This document shows positions 22,989 through 33,929 of a DNA stretch of 34,054 nucleotides, piece by piece. The first letter of the stretch is position 1. Every line of letters begins with the position of its first letter. The notes below the pieces were generated by a model. It made no database searches. It was not told the DNA's origin and saw only the letters and a program-made list of their open reading frames with translations. Location of the stretch: assembly GCA_032718475.1 (NCBI GenBank), contig JAUCBJ010002568.1:1-34054 (forward strand). Direction: 5' to 3'. The DNA is from Nemertoderma westbladi. Its lineage: Eukaryota; Animalia; Xenacoelomorpha. The translations under genes and the position numbers were made by a program.

Positions 22989-24172
22989 AAATGTTTCTCA
23001 TACTCCGGTTATATTCCTCCGAGAGTCGTTGTCGCTGTGTATCGAAATTATGTATTGAATCGTCATCAGAAGTATCCATAATTGTTATCAACAATGTGTA
23101 AATATATTAATAATTCAACAAAGCAAACCAATGAGTCGATATAATTGTTATAATAACTTGAGTTTGTATAGGGCCAGCAATGCTGAGCCGCCCTCTATCC
23201 CCAGCCCGACACGGACCCAAGCCGTCCCTGGCCACATTAGCGCCACTATGTCTACTCCCTAGCCAACAGATGTGGAAGAACGGGTAGAAGACAAGCTGCT
23301 AACCCGCAGGGGAAGCTCGAGACCGGTCTCTCCAAGGGCTGTCCGTCGGGGTCGGGGGTTGTATTGACTGTTCTGAAATTAGTCTACAATAGGGTTTCGG
23401 TTCGCTACAGTAAACACACAGAGAATAGCTGTTATTTGTACTATCACACAAACTAACACACCCAATTTCACAACACGCACAAATGTCCGTTACAAAACCT
23501 ACTATTTCCCGAATGTTGATATTTTGAATTTCCTTGGATACTCATTAAATAAATTTAAAGGTATTAATTTTAGAAAAAAAAATATATGATAAAACTCAAG
23601 AACTTTAATAAAAGGGTTGCGCGAGCGACACACCAGCGTCCCAATGTTTTAAATTTGCTATTAATTTATCAAGGATCAAAATTCGGTAAATATAGCGTTA
23701 GAATTCACACAGATCTGGGTCTACTGTGATATTATCGTCTTTGTTGGTTGTATTATTTAATTTATTTACTTGGTTGTGGTGTTTGTCTGTATAGTATCGG
23801 TGTTTATACTATTGTGGTATTAATGTCGTGATTAAAGGGTTGGTGGTATTAAACCATTAATGGATAATATAAGTATAGAGTTATGCGATCTAGTGACTTA
23901 AACTAGGGAGAACCTTGGGAGATAGCCACTAAGTGGACTGCGACCGTTCCCATAATGCTTATTATTACAGTGACTTGAACGGATTTATATGAATGCGATA
24001 TTGTATTGACAATATCAAGCTAGGTTAGTTCTTGAAGTTTCAAGCCAACTAATAATTGACATCTCTTACTGTACTCTGGCGATTAACAAGAAGCGGGAGT
24101 AGTAATTAAGACTCGCATTCAAGTGTTATTGGGCCGTCATAATACAGCAAGACCAAGGTTTATTATTGTCAT

Positions 24173-24558
24173 GCGTCATGTTTAATAATGACTTATCATG
24201 ACTAGTGTAGTTTATTATAATTTTTTTGTTACTCCCTTTGTACTCGGGTTATACAAGAAGTGGCAGGCCGTCTCCAGAATTTACCCAGAGTTTGGTTTAA
24301 CCGAAATAAAGGATATGGATTCCGTATTCAATTGTATTATCACCGTCATCATACAACTATTAAGGGTTTTGGTTGGCTGCGCGTCATGTTTAATAATGAC
24401 TTATCGCAACATGTTGTCAAGAGTTGGGCTCAGGTTTCATGCGTCGTGTGTATAATAACTTATCATGAAACCTCCCACAATTCTTAATAGTATTCTAGAA
24501 TGTTCTAGAACTTAGATTAAGTTTCATGCACTGTGTATAAAACGATTTATCATGAAAC
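24173..24558. repeat. Four related ~25-38 bp repeats in the left-element spacer, two with inverted ends
   Basis: gcgtcatgtttaataatgacttatc at about 24173 and 24381. gtttcatg...catgaaac at about 24434 and 24521. Confidence 0.7.
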
Positions 24559-24746
24559 ATCCCAAGTAGTCCTATTGTTATTTGGGACAGAAGCAATGTA
24601 AGAATAAAAAATTACGTTAGCCTGTCAAGCTGAATATATGGCATATTTTTTAAAAACGTATGGGGTCAGTGGTTAACGACGCAACATATCCCGTTCCCAC
24701 GCTTGAGTGTGATATGCAGCGCACTCAAACGTTCCAAGGGAGTTAA

Positions 24747-26935
24747 CTAGTCCAATAAAAAATATGTCAAGTCTGTTGGCTTGACTTCTTGCTTGCCGTA
24801 GTTGCCAGATTCTTCGCGTGCCATTTCTAGCAGGCAGAGGCGGCCTATAGGACGGTTGAGTCTCTGGGGGATGAAGTTTAGTTTTACCTTTTCCCTCAGC
24901 ACTACTGTACTAGATCCACTGATCTTACCAGGCCATCCGCGCTGGCGCGTGTTTCTACTATCATTCTCCTTCCACATACGTGGAACGAGGTCTCGAGCCC
25001 GCATTATAACTGGGCTCTGAATCCTAGGGGGTCGAAATAAGCGCTGAGTATGCCAGGCAAATACGTTTGGTTTGGGTACCACCCTTTCTCATCTTCACTT
25101 TAAATACCATAATGTCACTTTCTGTATGCCAACGAAGACTTAATGGCTTCGTCTCTGGTAGGCTGTCCTTACTCAAGTCCAGTTCGGTATCGCCACGCTC
25201 GGTGGGGGGTATGGCCTTTAAAACCTCACGGGAATTGCTCGTGAATTTCATTAGGCGAAATCCTCCAAGTTTCAGGCAGTTTACTGTCCCTTGAGCAATG
25301 TTGATGGCTTCTGTTACGATCGGGGCTGATTTTGGGTTGTCGTCTATGTAAATATCCCGTTTGATATTATTTATGACCTGAGGTGGAAATTCATCCTTAT
25401 GGTCATCAGCTGTCTGATGCAGTCGTAAGTTGGGTGGTGTATCTAATCGCTTAGTCATTTCAGACACAATGTTGGGTTCACTGTACCTAGTAAGGAAACA
25501 GTCTTGGTCTGAGGACAGGGGTGCGTCACTATCACTGTCGGTTTGGTCAGGGGTAGTCAAGACGTCCGCTTCTGTTTCTATGGTCTCATTGCAAAGGTGG
25601 GTCACTAAATTGCAAGTGTCGGTGTCTGTACTTGTTGGTCCTTTTCGTTCTAATAGAGTTTTCCAGGAAGGCCCGGTACAGAACCATCCCACTCTCGTCT
25701 GACAGATGTAGGCTGACATTGGTTCTGGATGTCTGGGTCGTTTCTCCAGGATTTCTAAGGCCTCGGGTACATTTTGGCCTCCCAACATCTGTACGCCTGG
25801 GTAGTCTGGGGTGAAATGGGGAATGTTATGATTACATATAAGGGCGTCATCATCCCAGACGTAGGCCTTGGCCGCTTGGCCTGACTTTTGGCAAAATTCC
25901 GGATGACGACCATTTTGATGTTAGAGACCCTGTCCCGGCCATTGGTACTGTATCTTGCGGGGTGGATAGGGATGCCTTCTAGTACTTTGTCTCAATGGTA
26001 GATTGCCAACGTTTCATTATCCCAGATAATGTTAGTTTCATGTCATGGCCCTGTTCCCTGGCGAACAAGGATTCTGCTAACTCTGCATGTAGCAAAGGGT
26101 GATGGGAGCCCTAACACACCGGACATGTTTTCGCGTTTATTAGTCTACACTTGCGTCGCAAATATCCCGGTCTAAGACAAAAGAAACATGTCGACAGGTC
26201 CAAAGCCTTCTGTCGTCTCTCCTTTAGTGTCTTTTTTAAGAAGGTGTTGCATTTCGCAAGTGGATGTGTGTCTATTTTACAAAGAGGGCACTTAAGGTTG
26301 ATGGTGCCGGCTGTGATTGTATTATAGGTCTTTATGGTCGTCTTCCGGTTATCCACATATGCCTTCTTGGGGGTACTATTAGCCTTGGGAGGAGGTGTCA
26401 TCCTATTTGGTTTGCCTTGGCTGCTATATTTATTCTCACCTCTGGGGTTTACGTCACCATAATATATGCTTTCACATCCCTCTGTGCCTGAACTAGAGTT
26501 ATCAGAGGGACACTCTTCATAGTTGGTGACATAAGCGTATCACTTCTTGGTTGCTGTCTTATCAGTGCTTTTTGTGTCCGTGCGGGTGCTTCTTTCCCAG
26601 TTTACTGTGATAAGATACGTGGAGGTCTCGGCCTTCAAGAAGCTTCTAAATGAGTCCATATCGGGGAAACATGCATGTTTAAGTTTGTAATTGTAAGTGT
26701 ATCGATCCCATCTGGTCCCATTGGAGCCCTTTGGAAGTGCACTGGAAACAAACTGTACTGTCATGGTTGTATCGTACACTTGTTTCTGTCCTAGCCAATC
26801 AAGCTGGCGACAAATTTCCTCTACTTCATCTCTAAACTATACGATCCCGTTTTGAGTGGATCTATTTTTAGAGATTAATCTGTTGTACATGTTGCGTGCC
26901 AAGCTTTCTTCACTGCTATTTCTTCTTTCCTCCTT
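24747..26935 (-). mobile_element. Degenerate BEL/Pao LTR retrotransposon gag-pol remnant (left arm)
   Basis: Minus-strand peptides in order: EICRQLDWLG and LPKGSNGTRWD (gag); zinc knuckles CPLCKIDTHPLAKC and CFFCLRPGYLRRKC; protease tail CQTRVGWFCTGP; RT remnant IYIDD...GGFRLMKFTSNS...LSLRW...TKRICL; then the pol C-terminus RLNRPIGRLCLLE. Stops, frameshifts and deletions present. Confidence 0.9.
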
Positions 26936-26956
26936 CGTTACCATGGGGTAACGTAT

Positions 26957-29500
26957 GTGATATCTTGGAATTTTCTCCCAAGCCAGAACTCCGTGTTATC
27001 TAACGGAGAAAAGCTTAGATTCCTCATCGAGTGCTTGGAAGGATCTCCCAAGTTAATGGCGTTAAAGTTTATTGGACATCCAGATGGATTAAGACAAGTT
27101 TGGGATACAATAAACATCAGGTATGGTAATAGGACTAACATAGCTAGGTATTTGTATGCAAAATTAATGGCGCCCCGAAAGTTTCTTAGCAGCGGGATTA
27201 TAGAGTTTTCCGACGAAATTCAGGAGATCTGTAGACAGCTAGATTGGTTAGGTAAGTCTCATGAATACCAGAATTCTATGGTTGTAGGAGCCTTAGCATC
27301 AACTCTGCCAAAGGGTGGAGTAGGTACACGCTGGGACAAGACAGTGTTATATATGATGGAACAACAACGACGAGACCCTACCATGGCTGATCTCATGTCA
27401 TTCTTGGATGGCGAAGTGAAATTACAGCTCATAAAGCAGTCCAGAGAGAAGACACCGGAAAACAAGGTAAGTGAGAAACCCGTTTCTAGGAGAAGGGTAA
27501 CACCAGTGTGTTATACAGACAACGGCGAAAGCCAGACTTCTCAAGGAGAGGATAGCGGGAAAGACACTGAAAGATCTCATTATGTCAATAAAACGCCTAA
27601 AGACCAGGTAAGTAAATTCAAGTCTCGAACCAATGACAGGAGAGAACAGGTAAGAAAAACTCCTCCTACGTCTCCCAAGAGAATTCATGTAAGAAAGCCC
27701 GAGGAAAGAACAAGTGTGCACCACACAGCACAGGTTAAAGTAAGTAACATCAAACCCAAATGTGTGCTGTGCGACGGGCCCCACCGCTTGAATATGTGCG
27801 ATGAATTCTTAAAGAAATCATTAAAAGAGAGACGGGAAGTCATGTGGGATAAGCGGTTGTGTTATAATTGCCTCAGACGAGGACACCAACGGCGAACCTG
27901 TTACTCCGACGCAAGGTGTGCAAAGTGCGGTGCGAAACATCATATCTTGTTGCACACTGAATTCGAGCGAAATAGTCCGAGTCAGGTGAGTGATTCCGAA
28001 CTACATGTCCAATTCAGTGATGTGAACGACACTGATCAATCTGAGATGGAAGGATTCTATACGGACGAATTCTCCGACCAAAACGAATCCTGTTACTTAA
28101 TAAACACCACCGCAGTGTATCGAGCACTCATGTATGAGAAAGACACAGACAGCGACCTCACCCTAACTACTTCAGATCAACAACAATCTTGGAAAGCGCC
28201 AACTTCAAATGTAGGAATCCGAGAATTTCCTGTAGTCCAGTTACGGGTCCACGGACCTCAGAAGAGCTATATAGTGAACGCCCTCCTGGACTCCGGCAGC
28301 ACAGGAACATTCATCGATAAAGAACTAGCCGAAGACATCTTTGCTGGACAACCCAAGTTCCGAACCAAGCTAAACATGTCAGGGATCATGCAGGTTTGGA
28401 AATCTGCTGTGGCTGCCGACTATTATATAGGTGAGTTGTCCACTCCACAGGATAAACTAGGAGAACACAGTATAAGGTCAGTCAAAATGGTGGCAATAAA
28501 GAACTTCGCTACCACCCAAGTGGAACCTTATAATTGGGACGAAGATGATCATGCCCAACAACTTAACATTCCTAGATTCGACACCGATTATCCTGGAGTA
28601 CAAATATTAATCGGTCAAAACGCGCATGAGGCGCTGGAGACATTGGAGAAACGACCTGCTCAACCGCAACCACTTCAGACCTATGCGGTAAGAACTAGAG
28701 TAGGTTGGTACCTTACTGGACCTTCCCGAAGAACGCTCAGAGAAAGACTGCTTCAAGATCGCGTCTGCCAGGTGAGTGAATGGGAAGATGATACTAGTGA
28801 GGGAGACGACCCAACTGAGGGAACACCATACTCCTCAGATAATGACGATATTAGCTCCAATGTAGATCAATGGAGATATTGCCCCAAGAAGTTTAATCCA
28901 ACTGACATCGCTTCCAGAGGAGCAACTCCTCAAGAACTGACAGATACTACAGACCGGTTAGGTGAACCCGACTTCCTGAGTAAGGAGGATGAATGGCCTC
29001 CCCATCTTACTCCGACTGAGATTAGACCAGCCAAGGGAGCGGAGAAAGTCAAACCTAAAACCCGGACGGGTGGATCGGAGTTATTTGAACCCGGGATAGA
29101 TCTGTCGGTATTACATATTGCCAGGGACGACGCCGTGGATCTGGACCTCCCCACCGCGAGTGGATCCTTCATGAAGATCAGAGAGAGCGATTGGAGCTCT
29201 GGAACATCAGACGTCTCGCAGGGACTCTCACCTCTCCTGCAGGGAGCGACGGACCACTATAGCTCCTGGAATCGGCTTTGTAAGGCCGTCGTGTACCTAG
29301 AGCGATGTTTCTATCGTCACTATTCCAGGACGAAGAGGAAACCTGGAATTGTATTCGGGATGCAGCGACTCAATCACCCAGTCGGTCGTTTGTGTTTACC
29401 GGAAGGGAATGGAGGACTCTCCGGAAACTGTGGAAGGCAAGATTCTCTTCCCACGACCACCTCCCTAATCCTTCAAACATCTAGGGACTCCATAACGTAA
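26957..29500 (+). CDS. BEL/Pao Gag-aspartic protease ORF with fused pol remnants (RT and integrase core absent); 5'-truncated
   Basis: Gag LSNGEKLRFLIECLEG...RYGN. Triple knuckle CVLCDGPHRLNMC, CYNCLRRGHQRRTC, CAKCGAKHHILLH. Protease ALLDSGSTGTFI, ILIGQN, TRVGWYLTGP. RNase H tail QWRYCPKKFNPTDIASRG...PDFL...EWP, connector YSSWNRL, pol end HPVGRLCLPE. No YxDD or DDE. The listed start is GTG and probably not the native start. Confidence 0.9.
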   Translation: MISWNFLPSQNSVLSNGEKLRFLIECLEGSPKLMALKFIGHPDGLRQVWDTINIRYGNRTNIARYLYAKLMAPRKFLSSGIIEFSDEIQEICRQLDWLGKSHEYQNSMVVGALASTLPKGGVGTRWDKTVLYMMEQQRRDPTMADLMSFLDGEVKLQLIKQSREKTPENKVSEKPVSRRRVTPVCYTDNGESQTSQGEDSGKDTERSHYVNKTPKDQVSKFKSRTNDRREQVRKTPPTSPKRIHVRKPEERTSVHHTAQVKVSNIKPKCVLCDGPHRLNMCDEFLKKSLKERREVMWDKRLCYNCLRRGHQRRTCYSDARCAKCGAKHHILLHTEFERNSPSQVSDSELHVQFSDVNDTDQSEMEGFYTDEFSDQNESCYLINTTAVYRALMYEKDTDSDLTLTTSDQQQSWKAPTSNVGIREFPVVQLRVHGPQKSYIVNALLDSGSTGTFIDKELAEDIFAGQPKFRTKLNMSGIMQVWKSAVAADYYIGELSTPQDKLGEHSIRSVKMVAIKNFATTQVEPYNWDEDDHAQQLNIPRFDTDYPGVQILIGQNAHEALETLEKRPAQPQPLQTYAVRTRVGWYLTGPSRRTLRERLLQDRVCQVSEWEDDTSEGDDPTEGTPYSSDNDDISSNVDQWRYCPKKFNPTDIASRGATPQELTDTTDRLGEPDFLSKEDEWPPHLTPTEIRPAKGAEKVKPKTRTGGSELFEPGIDLSVLHIARDDAVDLDLPTASGSFMKIRESDWSSGTSDVSQGLSPLLQGATDHYSSWNRLCKAVVYLERCFYRHYSRTKRKPGIVFGMQRLNHPVGRLCLPEGNGGLSGNCGRQDSLPTTTSLILQTSRDSIT

Positions 29501-30020
29501 CAACATATGGAGTGGGTGTGTGACTCTATTATTTTGTATTTGTTTTATTTTTATATTTATGTATGTATTATTATGTAATTTTATTTTAATCGTTTTATTT
29601 AATTTTATTTAGTAGTATGGTATTTTAGAGATTATTTAGTAGATTAGTGCAATATATATTCGCGTTTATTATTTAATTACGTATATTATATATTTAGTGC
29701 GACGGCGAGAAATAATTCTTTTTCTCTTTCCTTACTGCCCGTATCATATTATAAATACGTGACTACAGTAAGATGAAATATCCGTACTTATTAAAGTACA
29801 ATAAAGCCACTACTATATTTAAGTATTATTGGTAGGCAGAGTATTAGGAATGCAAAGTTCAGATCCTCGTGTCTCGGCTAAACCAAGCTCTGGGTAGACC
29901 TTGGAAACGACTTGCCTCTTCACACTGACATTGCTTCGTGCGATATTGCTCTCATACCGTATATTAAATAATACATATAGTAGCGTGATGTCCCTTTAAC
30001 AGTAGCGTATAACGCAAAAT

Positions 30021-30320
30021 AAATCTGTTAAACCCTTTGACCATCTGTAATTCTAGTCGATTAAGATATCGCGGCACCCACCGATATACTTGAAAGACAA
30101 ATTTCTAGAATCAATGGTTAACGTCCCCAGACAAGTTCTGGAATATACTGGTGCCCATCCTAAATATTAATTATTAATATTTACAAAATCTGTCAAATAT
30201 CAGATCCTTTAAAATTCTAGTCGATTAAGATATCGTAGCACTTACCGATATTCTTAAAAGGACAAAATTCCTAGAATCAAGGATCCCAGTCCCCAGACAC
30301 GTTCTGGAATAAAATTGTGT
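30021..30320. repeat. Diverged direct repeat, 2 copies, period ~165 bp, in the right-element spacer
   Basis: aaatctgt...aattctagtcgattaagatatcg...accgatat...ctagaatcaa...gtccccagaca(a/c)gttctggaat occurs twice. Confidence 0.85.
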
Positions 30321-31144
30321 CTATTTAACATCAAATAATAAAATTTACGGGAATAAATTTAAATTCAATATTTCAATGAATTTAATAAATTGTCATTTTG
30401 TACAATTTATAACATTCCCAAAATTCCATTAATTAATAGATCATGGGAGCGGAGATTCACTCTATTAAGTGTATTTGTGTGCGAGAATCTCCAATGTATA
30501 GTCAATAGCCGATAAAATTCATAGAATCATGTATAAAGGGGATATTGACCATTAAAGAATTACTATTAAATAGCATCCCAGATCTGTATGCATGAGAATT
30601 ACCCTAATTCTACCGCTAGCTTTCCATAATGTCACCATGGCAACAACCACGCTAGAATTAGAAGTGAGTTAAAAGAACAATAAAGGGCTTGCGTATTAAA
30701 TAGCATACGGAATAAATAGCGCACCGCTAGTATCCAAGGATACATAATAACAACGTGACATTCTGGAAGGCACTTGACTAACGGACAAATGACCCGAATG
30801 TGTGATAGAATGTGTACCATTTGTGACTGTTACGTGGAATTTGTGCGTTTGTAGGTGAATGTTACTACTAAGGTGTGTTTACAGTAGCGAGTCGCAATTG
30901 TGAAAGTAACCCTAACTCTCCAGTAAGAACCTGAAGTATATCTAAGCCTTTGGGACGGACGGTGGAGTGGCTCGTGCTGGTTGTTGTAGTCGTTGTGCAG
31001 CTACGACGTTGGCGATAGGCACATCGGCGAAAGTACACCAGCGCTGAGGATCTCGCACTGTCCGGGGGCAGAGAGGGGTAGGCAGCGACGCCCGCTCGCC
31101 TAAATATAAACTCATTATAATATGGATAAACTTATATAGCAGAT

Positions 31145-32667
31145 ATGATTGAGTTGATAGAAGATGATCTTGGTATCAGGGAGCGATATACTCTACCTTT
31201 ACAAGCGTTTGTTGATAGCTTGATACGCGGCGACGCTGGTCCAACTGCTGCGGAGGACGATGGTCGTTATATCGAACCGCCAATGTCCCAAGAGCAGCTC
31301 ACGCGTGAGTTGGACTATAGGAAATTCACCGCTCGCTATATGCATCGTAATGGTACGTATGTGGACTTCTTAACTACTGGTCATCCTATCGATTTACACG
31401 ATACGGACAATGTCGACACCAAAAGGGAAATGGTACGATTGAAATATCCTACCCAGCGGAAGCGGAACGATAAATTGAGACTCGAACACGAAAATTCTAT
31501 TCGAAACCGACTCGAAAGTGCAGATGTCGAAGAGCCGGATAAACGCAGCGACTCCACCAAATACCTGGAATTCTTGAGAGAAACCTATCTCGATATTACC
31601 AGTCAACAGAATCTAGAAACTCGATATCCTCAAGGTATACATCATGACCGCATGGTAGGACTCAAACGGCTCTATTCCACTATGATGTATCTTACCGCCG
31701 ATCGATCGCTACCTGTTGTACCTGATAGCTTCGAACGGATGGAGGAATATTGTAAGCTGGAGAAAGATCACTCGCGTTTCCCCTACAAGACGTGCGTTTT
31801 TGGTATTATTGCGATGAATGCCCAAGACCCAACCAACAAACGGAAAGATATAAACATCCGCGGAGACGTTGCTTTAAACACGGTTTTACTCGCTATACTT
31901 ACGGGAGTTTCGAGCGAAACTTGTTCGATGTATCACCTACGCTCGTTCGACTCAGACGATCCTTAAATAAACCAATGATCAGAGTTTCGGAATACTCGAT
32001 CAGAACTCCTCATTCCCTAGTGAGACTTCAGACTCTTGATCCTATTAGTATAACGGATCCTCCCGAGCTGTACTCACTGCTCAAAGATCTAGTGTTACCT
32101 GAACAATTAGTCGGTGGCACCCCAGTTGTGGGCTTCCTAGATATTAGCCCATTCTACCTAGCCGGATTGGGACGCGGACATTTAATATCGCCGTTTAACC
32201 CTTACCATCGTCCCGGCTTAACACGATATAACCTGTCACCAAAGTGGCGGAGAACGTTGTACCAAACGAGTTAAACGCTATTCTACAAAGATCAGAAAGG
32301 AAACCTGCGTTTGTTCAGATAAACGTAAGTTGTAACAGCAAGTCCAAGCGATAAACGAATTGTCTTTATCTCAGTTCGATTGTGAAATCCAGAATCTCTA
32401 AGAAGATATCGAACTTAGACAACCCCATTCTCTGCGAGAGTTTTTGGATGAACGTATCCAGCTACGAGCGGAGGAAAATCAGCTCGAGGAGAAGCATATC
32501 GAAACGGCGGATACCCCGACCATAATCCTACACCTTCTGATGCAATCATATTGCACCCTTCACCCAGGATTTATAGCCCTCCTAGTAAAGTGGCTCGCCC
32601 CAAAGAGAAAAGGACTCTTGCTAGCCTCGAAAGGCTGCGTAAACGCCATCTGCGTGAGAAAGACTAA
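31145..32667 (+). pseudogene. Frameshifted accessory gene of the right BEL/Pao element, probable distant homologue of 21424-22988
   Basis: ORFs 31145-31966, the 3' part of 31792-32274 and further fragments, ending NPTPSDAIILHPSP...VARPKEKR...RLRKRHLREKD* (TAA at 32665-32667). Shares LIEDDL, a PPELYSLLKD/FLDI block and the C-terminal motif with the left gene. Sits in the same position. Confidence 0.5.
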
Positions 32668-32736
32668 CTGTTTAGAGTATTTTTATATTTTAGAAACTGT
32701 GATTTGTTATATTTTATAGACTTAAATCCCATTTTC

Positions 32737-33123
32737 TGGGAGCGGTGTAAAAGCTTTTGCGTCATTAACCGGTTATTTTCCCTTAAAGTACTCTGTAGTT
32801 GGTTTGCCAGGCATAAAAAGGCCGTGTCCTTGCTGTACTGGTGTTTTAGAGGACATAAAAGTCATTTCTTCTGTATTTGTACTGTATTTGTACTTTAGAG
32901 GACATAATCCGCAATCTCGTGACGCAATAAGCTAGATACTCTTGAAAACAGTGTCGCTACCATAACGACGGCTAACAGCTGATATTGCCACGTCGACGTT
33001 TCTTTGTTTCTTTGTTCTCTCGTTGTTCGGTTGACCAATCAGAGCGTTTTTTGTCTCTGTGTTGGAGGTGTATACAGAACTCAGTAGTTCAGTGTTATGT
33101 TTTTTGCCTAGAGCCTAAGAACA
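32737..33123 (+). repeat. Putative polypurine tract and 3' LTR of the right BEL/Pao element
   Basis: gggagcgg is followed immediately by TGT (32746), ~80 bp after the accessory-gene stop. Contains gaccaatcagagcg (CCAAT) and tcagt Inr-like motifs. The end is only guessed at ...aagaACA (33123), since no second LTR is in the window for comparison. Confidence 0.45.
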
Positions 33124-33929
33124 TCGGCCTTTGGCACCTACGTATATCAGCATTCTTTAGCTTTACATTAGTAGGCTTAATTATAGAACGTATATCTGTT
33201 ATCAAACCAAACCTTATCAAACTAACGAGTTAATTACAATCTTATCATACATATCTATGCAATTCATATCTTACATTACTGCTTTTGCTGATGGTTATTC
33301 ATTATATTGGTTGATGAATTATTATATCGGAATACTGATCAATAGTCAGACACCCCACCTTCTTGATATACTAAAGGTTAGAGAGACCGGTTACAGATAA
33401 ACGATTGCGACCTATGTTGAGTGGTTTGAAGTGAATCTAATGCTATTTCATATGCCCGACATAAATTGTATGTTGCTCTCTTTATACGTGACCAAATTTA
33501 GTGAAGGTCGGCAGATTAGTGTGCAGTATTGTGCAGCATTGTGTATGAGTGTAACTGATAACAAAGCATCTCCTAAAGAATGCGCCATATACGTGAATCT
33601 ATAGCCTTTTCGTTGTGTCTAGTTTAAGTCATAATTCTGTTTACATATTTAGAGCGCCACGCCCTAAAGGAACTGTTAATATTTCCCGAAAGTGAATAAT
33701 ATTTGTCAGAGATTATATATTACGATCAGTCGAATAATACAGTAGGCTTACACCATCAATCATTAAGCTCCGAACTCAGTCTCCCGGGTATATCCAACGG
33801 GTGAATGATTGCGCATAGACTGGCTTCGGCTAATGTAGTGTATCAAATACTCGTCATAAAGCTAAAGAATATATATCATCTAAAAGACATTCTAATTTTG
33901 GCAGGTTAAACTGTCAAAGGTCTTCAAAA

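Noticed and set aside
21359-29172. Antisense ORFs overlapping the BEL and cargo genes (e.g. 21359-21829, 27422-27784)
   Set aside because: Shadow frames of real coding sequence on the opposite strand, with no motifs of their own.
24747-29500. Recent inverted (foldback) duplication of one element
   Set aside because: The arms match only in patches at protein level and carry different pol deletions.
30828-30895. TGT...ACA segment plus gtagcgag as a mini-LTR and primer-binding site
   Set aside because: Only ~55 bp, no preceding polypurine tract, no TGG-starting PBS, and the left-arm equivalent ends ACT. Better read as a promoter-like block.
21424-32667. Cargo ORFs as envelope glycoproteins or DIRS tyrosine recombinase
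   Set aside because: No signal peptide, transmembrane anchor or cysteine-rich ectodomain, and no R..HxxR..Y pattern was evident. The gag and pol motifs are BEL/Pao type.
33775-33845. HDV-like ribozyme upstream of the right-edge LINE (cagtct/agactg stem, cttcgg, ctaa)
   Set aside because: P2, P3 and P1.1 pairings could not be completed by eye. A covariance search would be needed.
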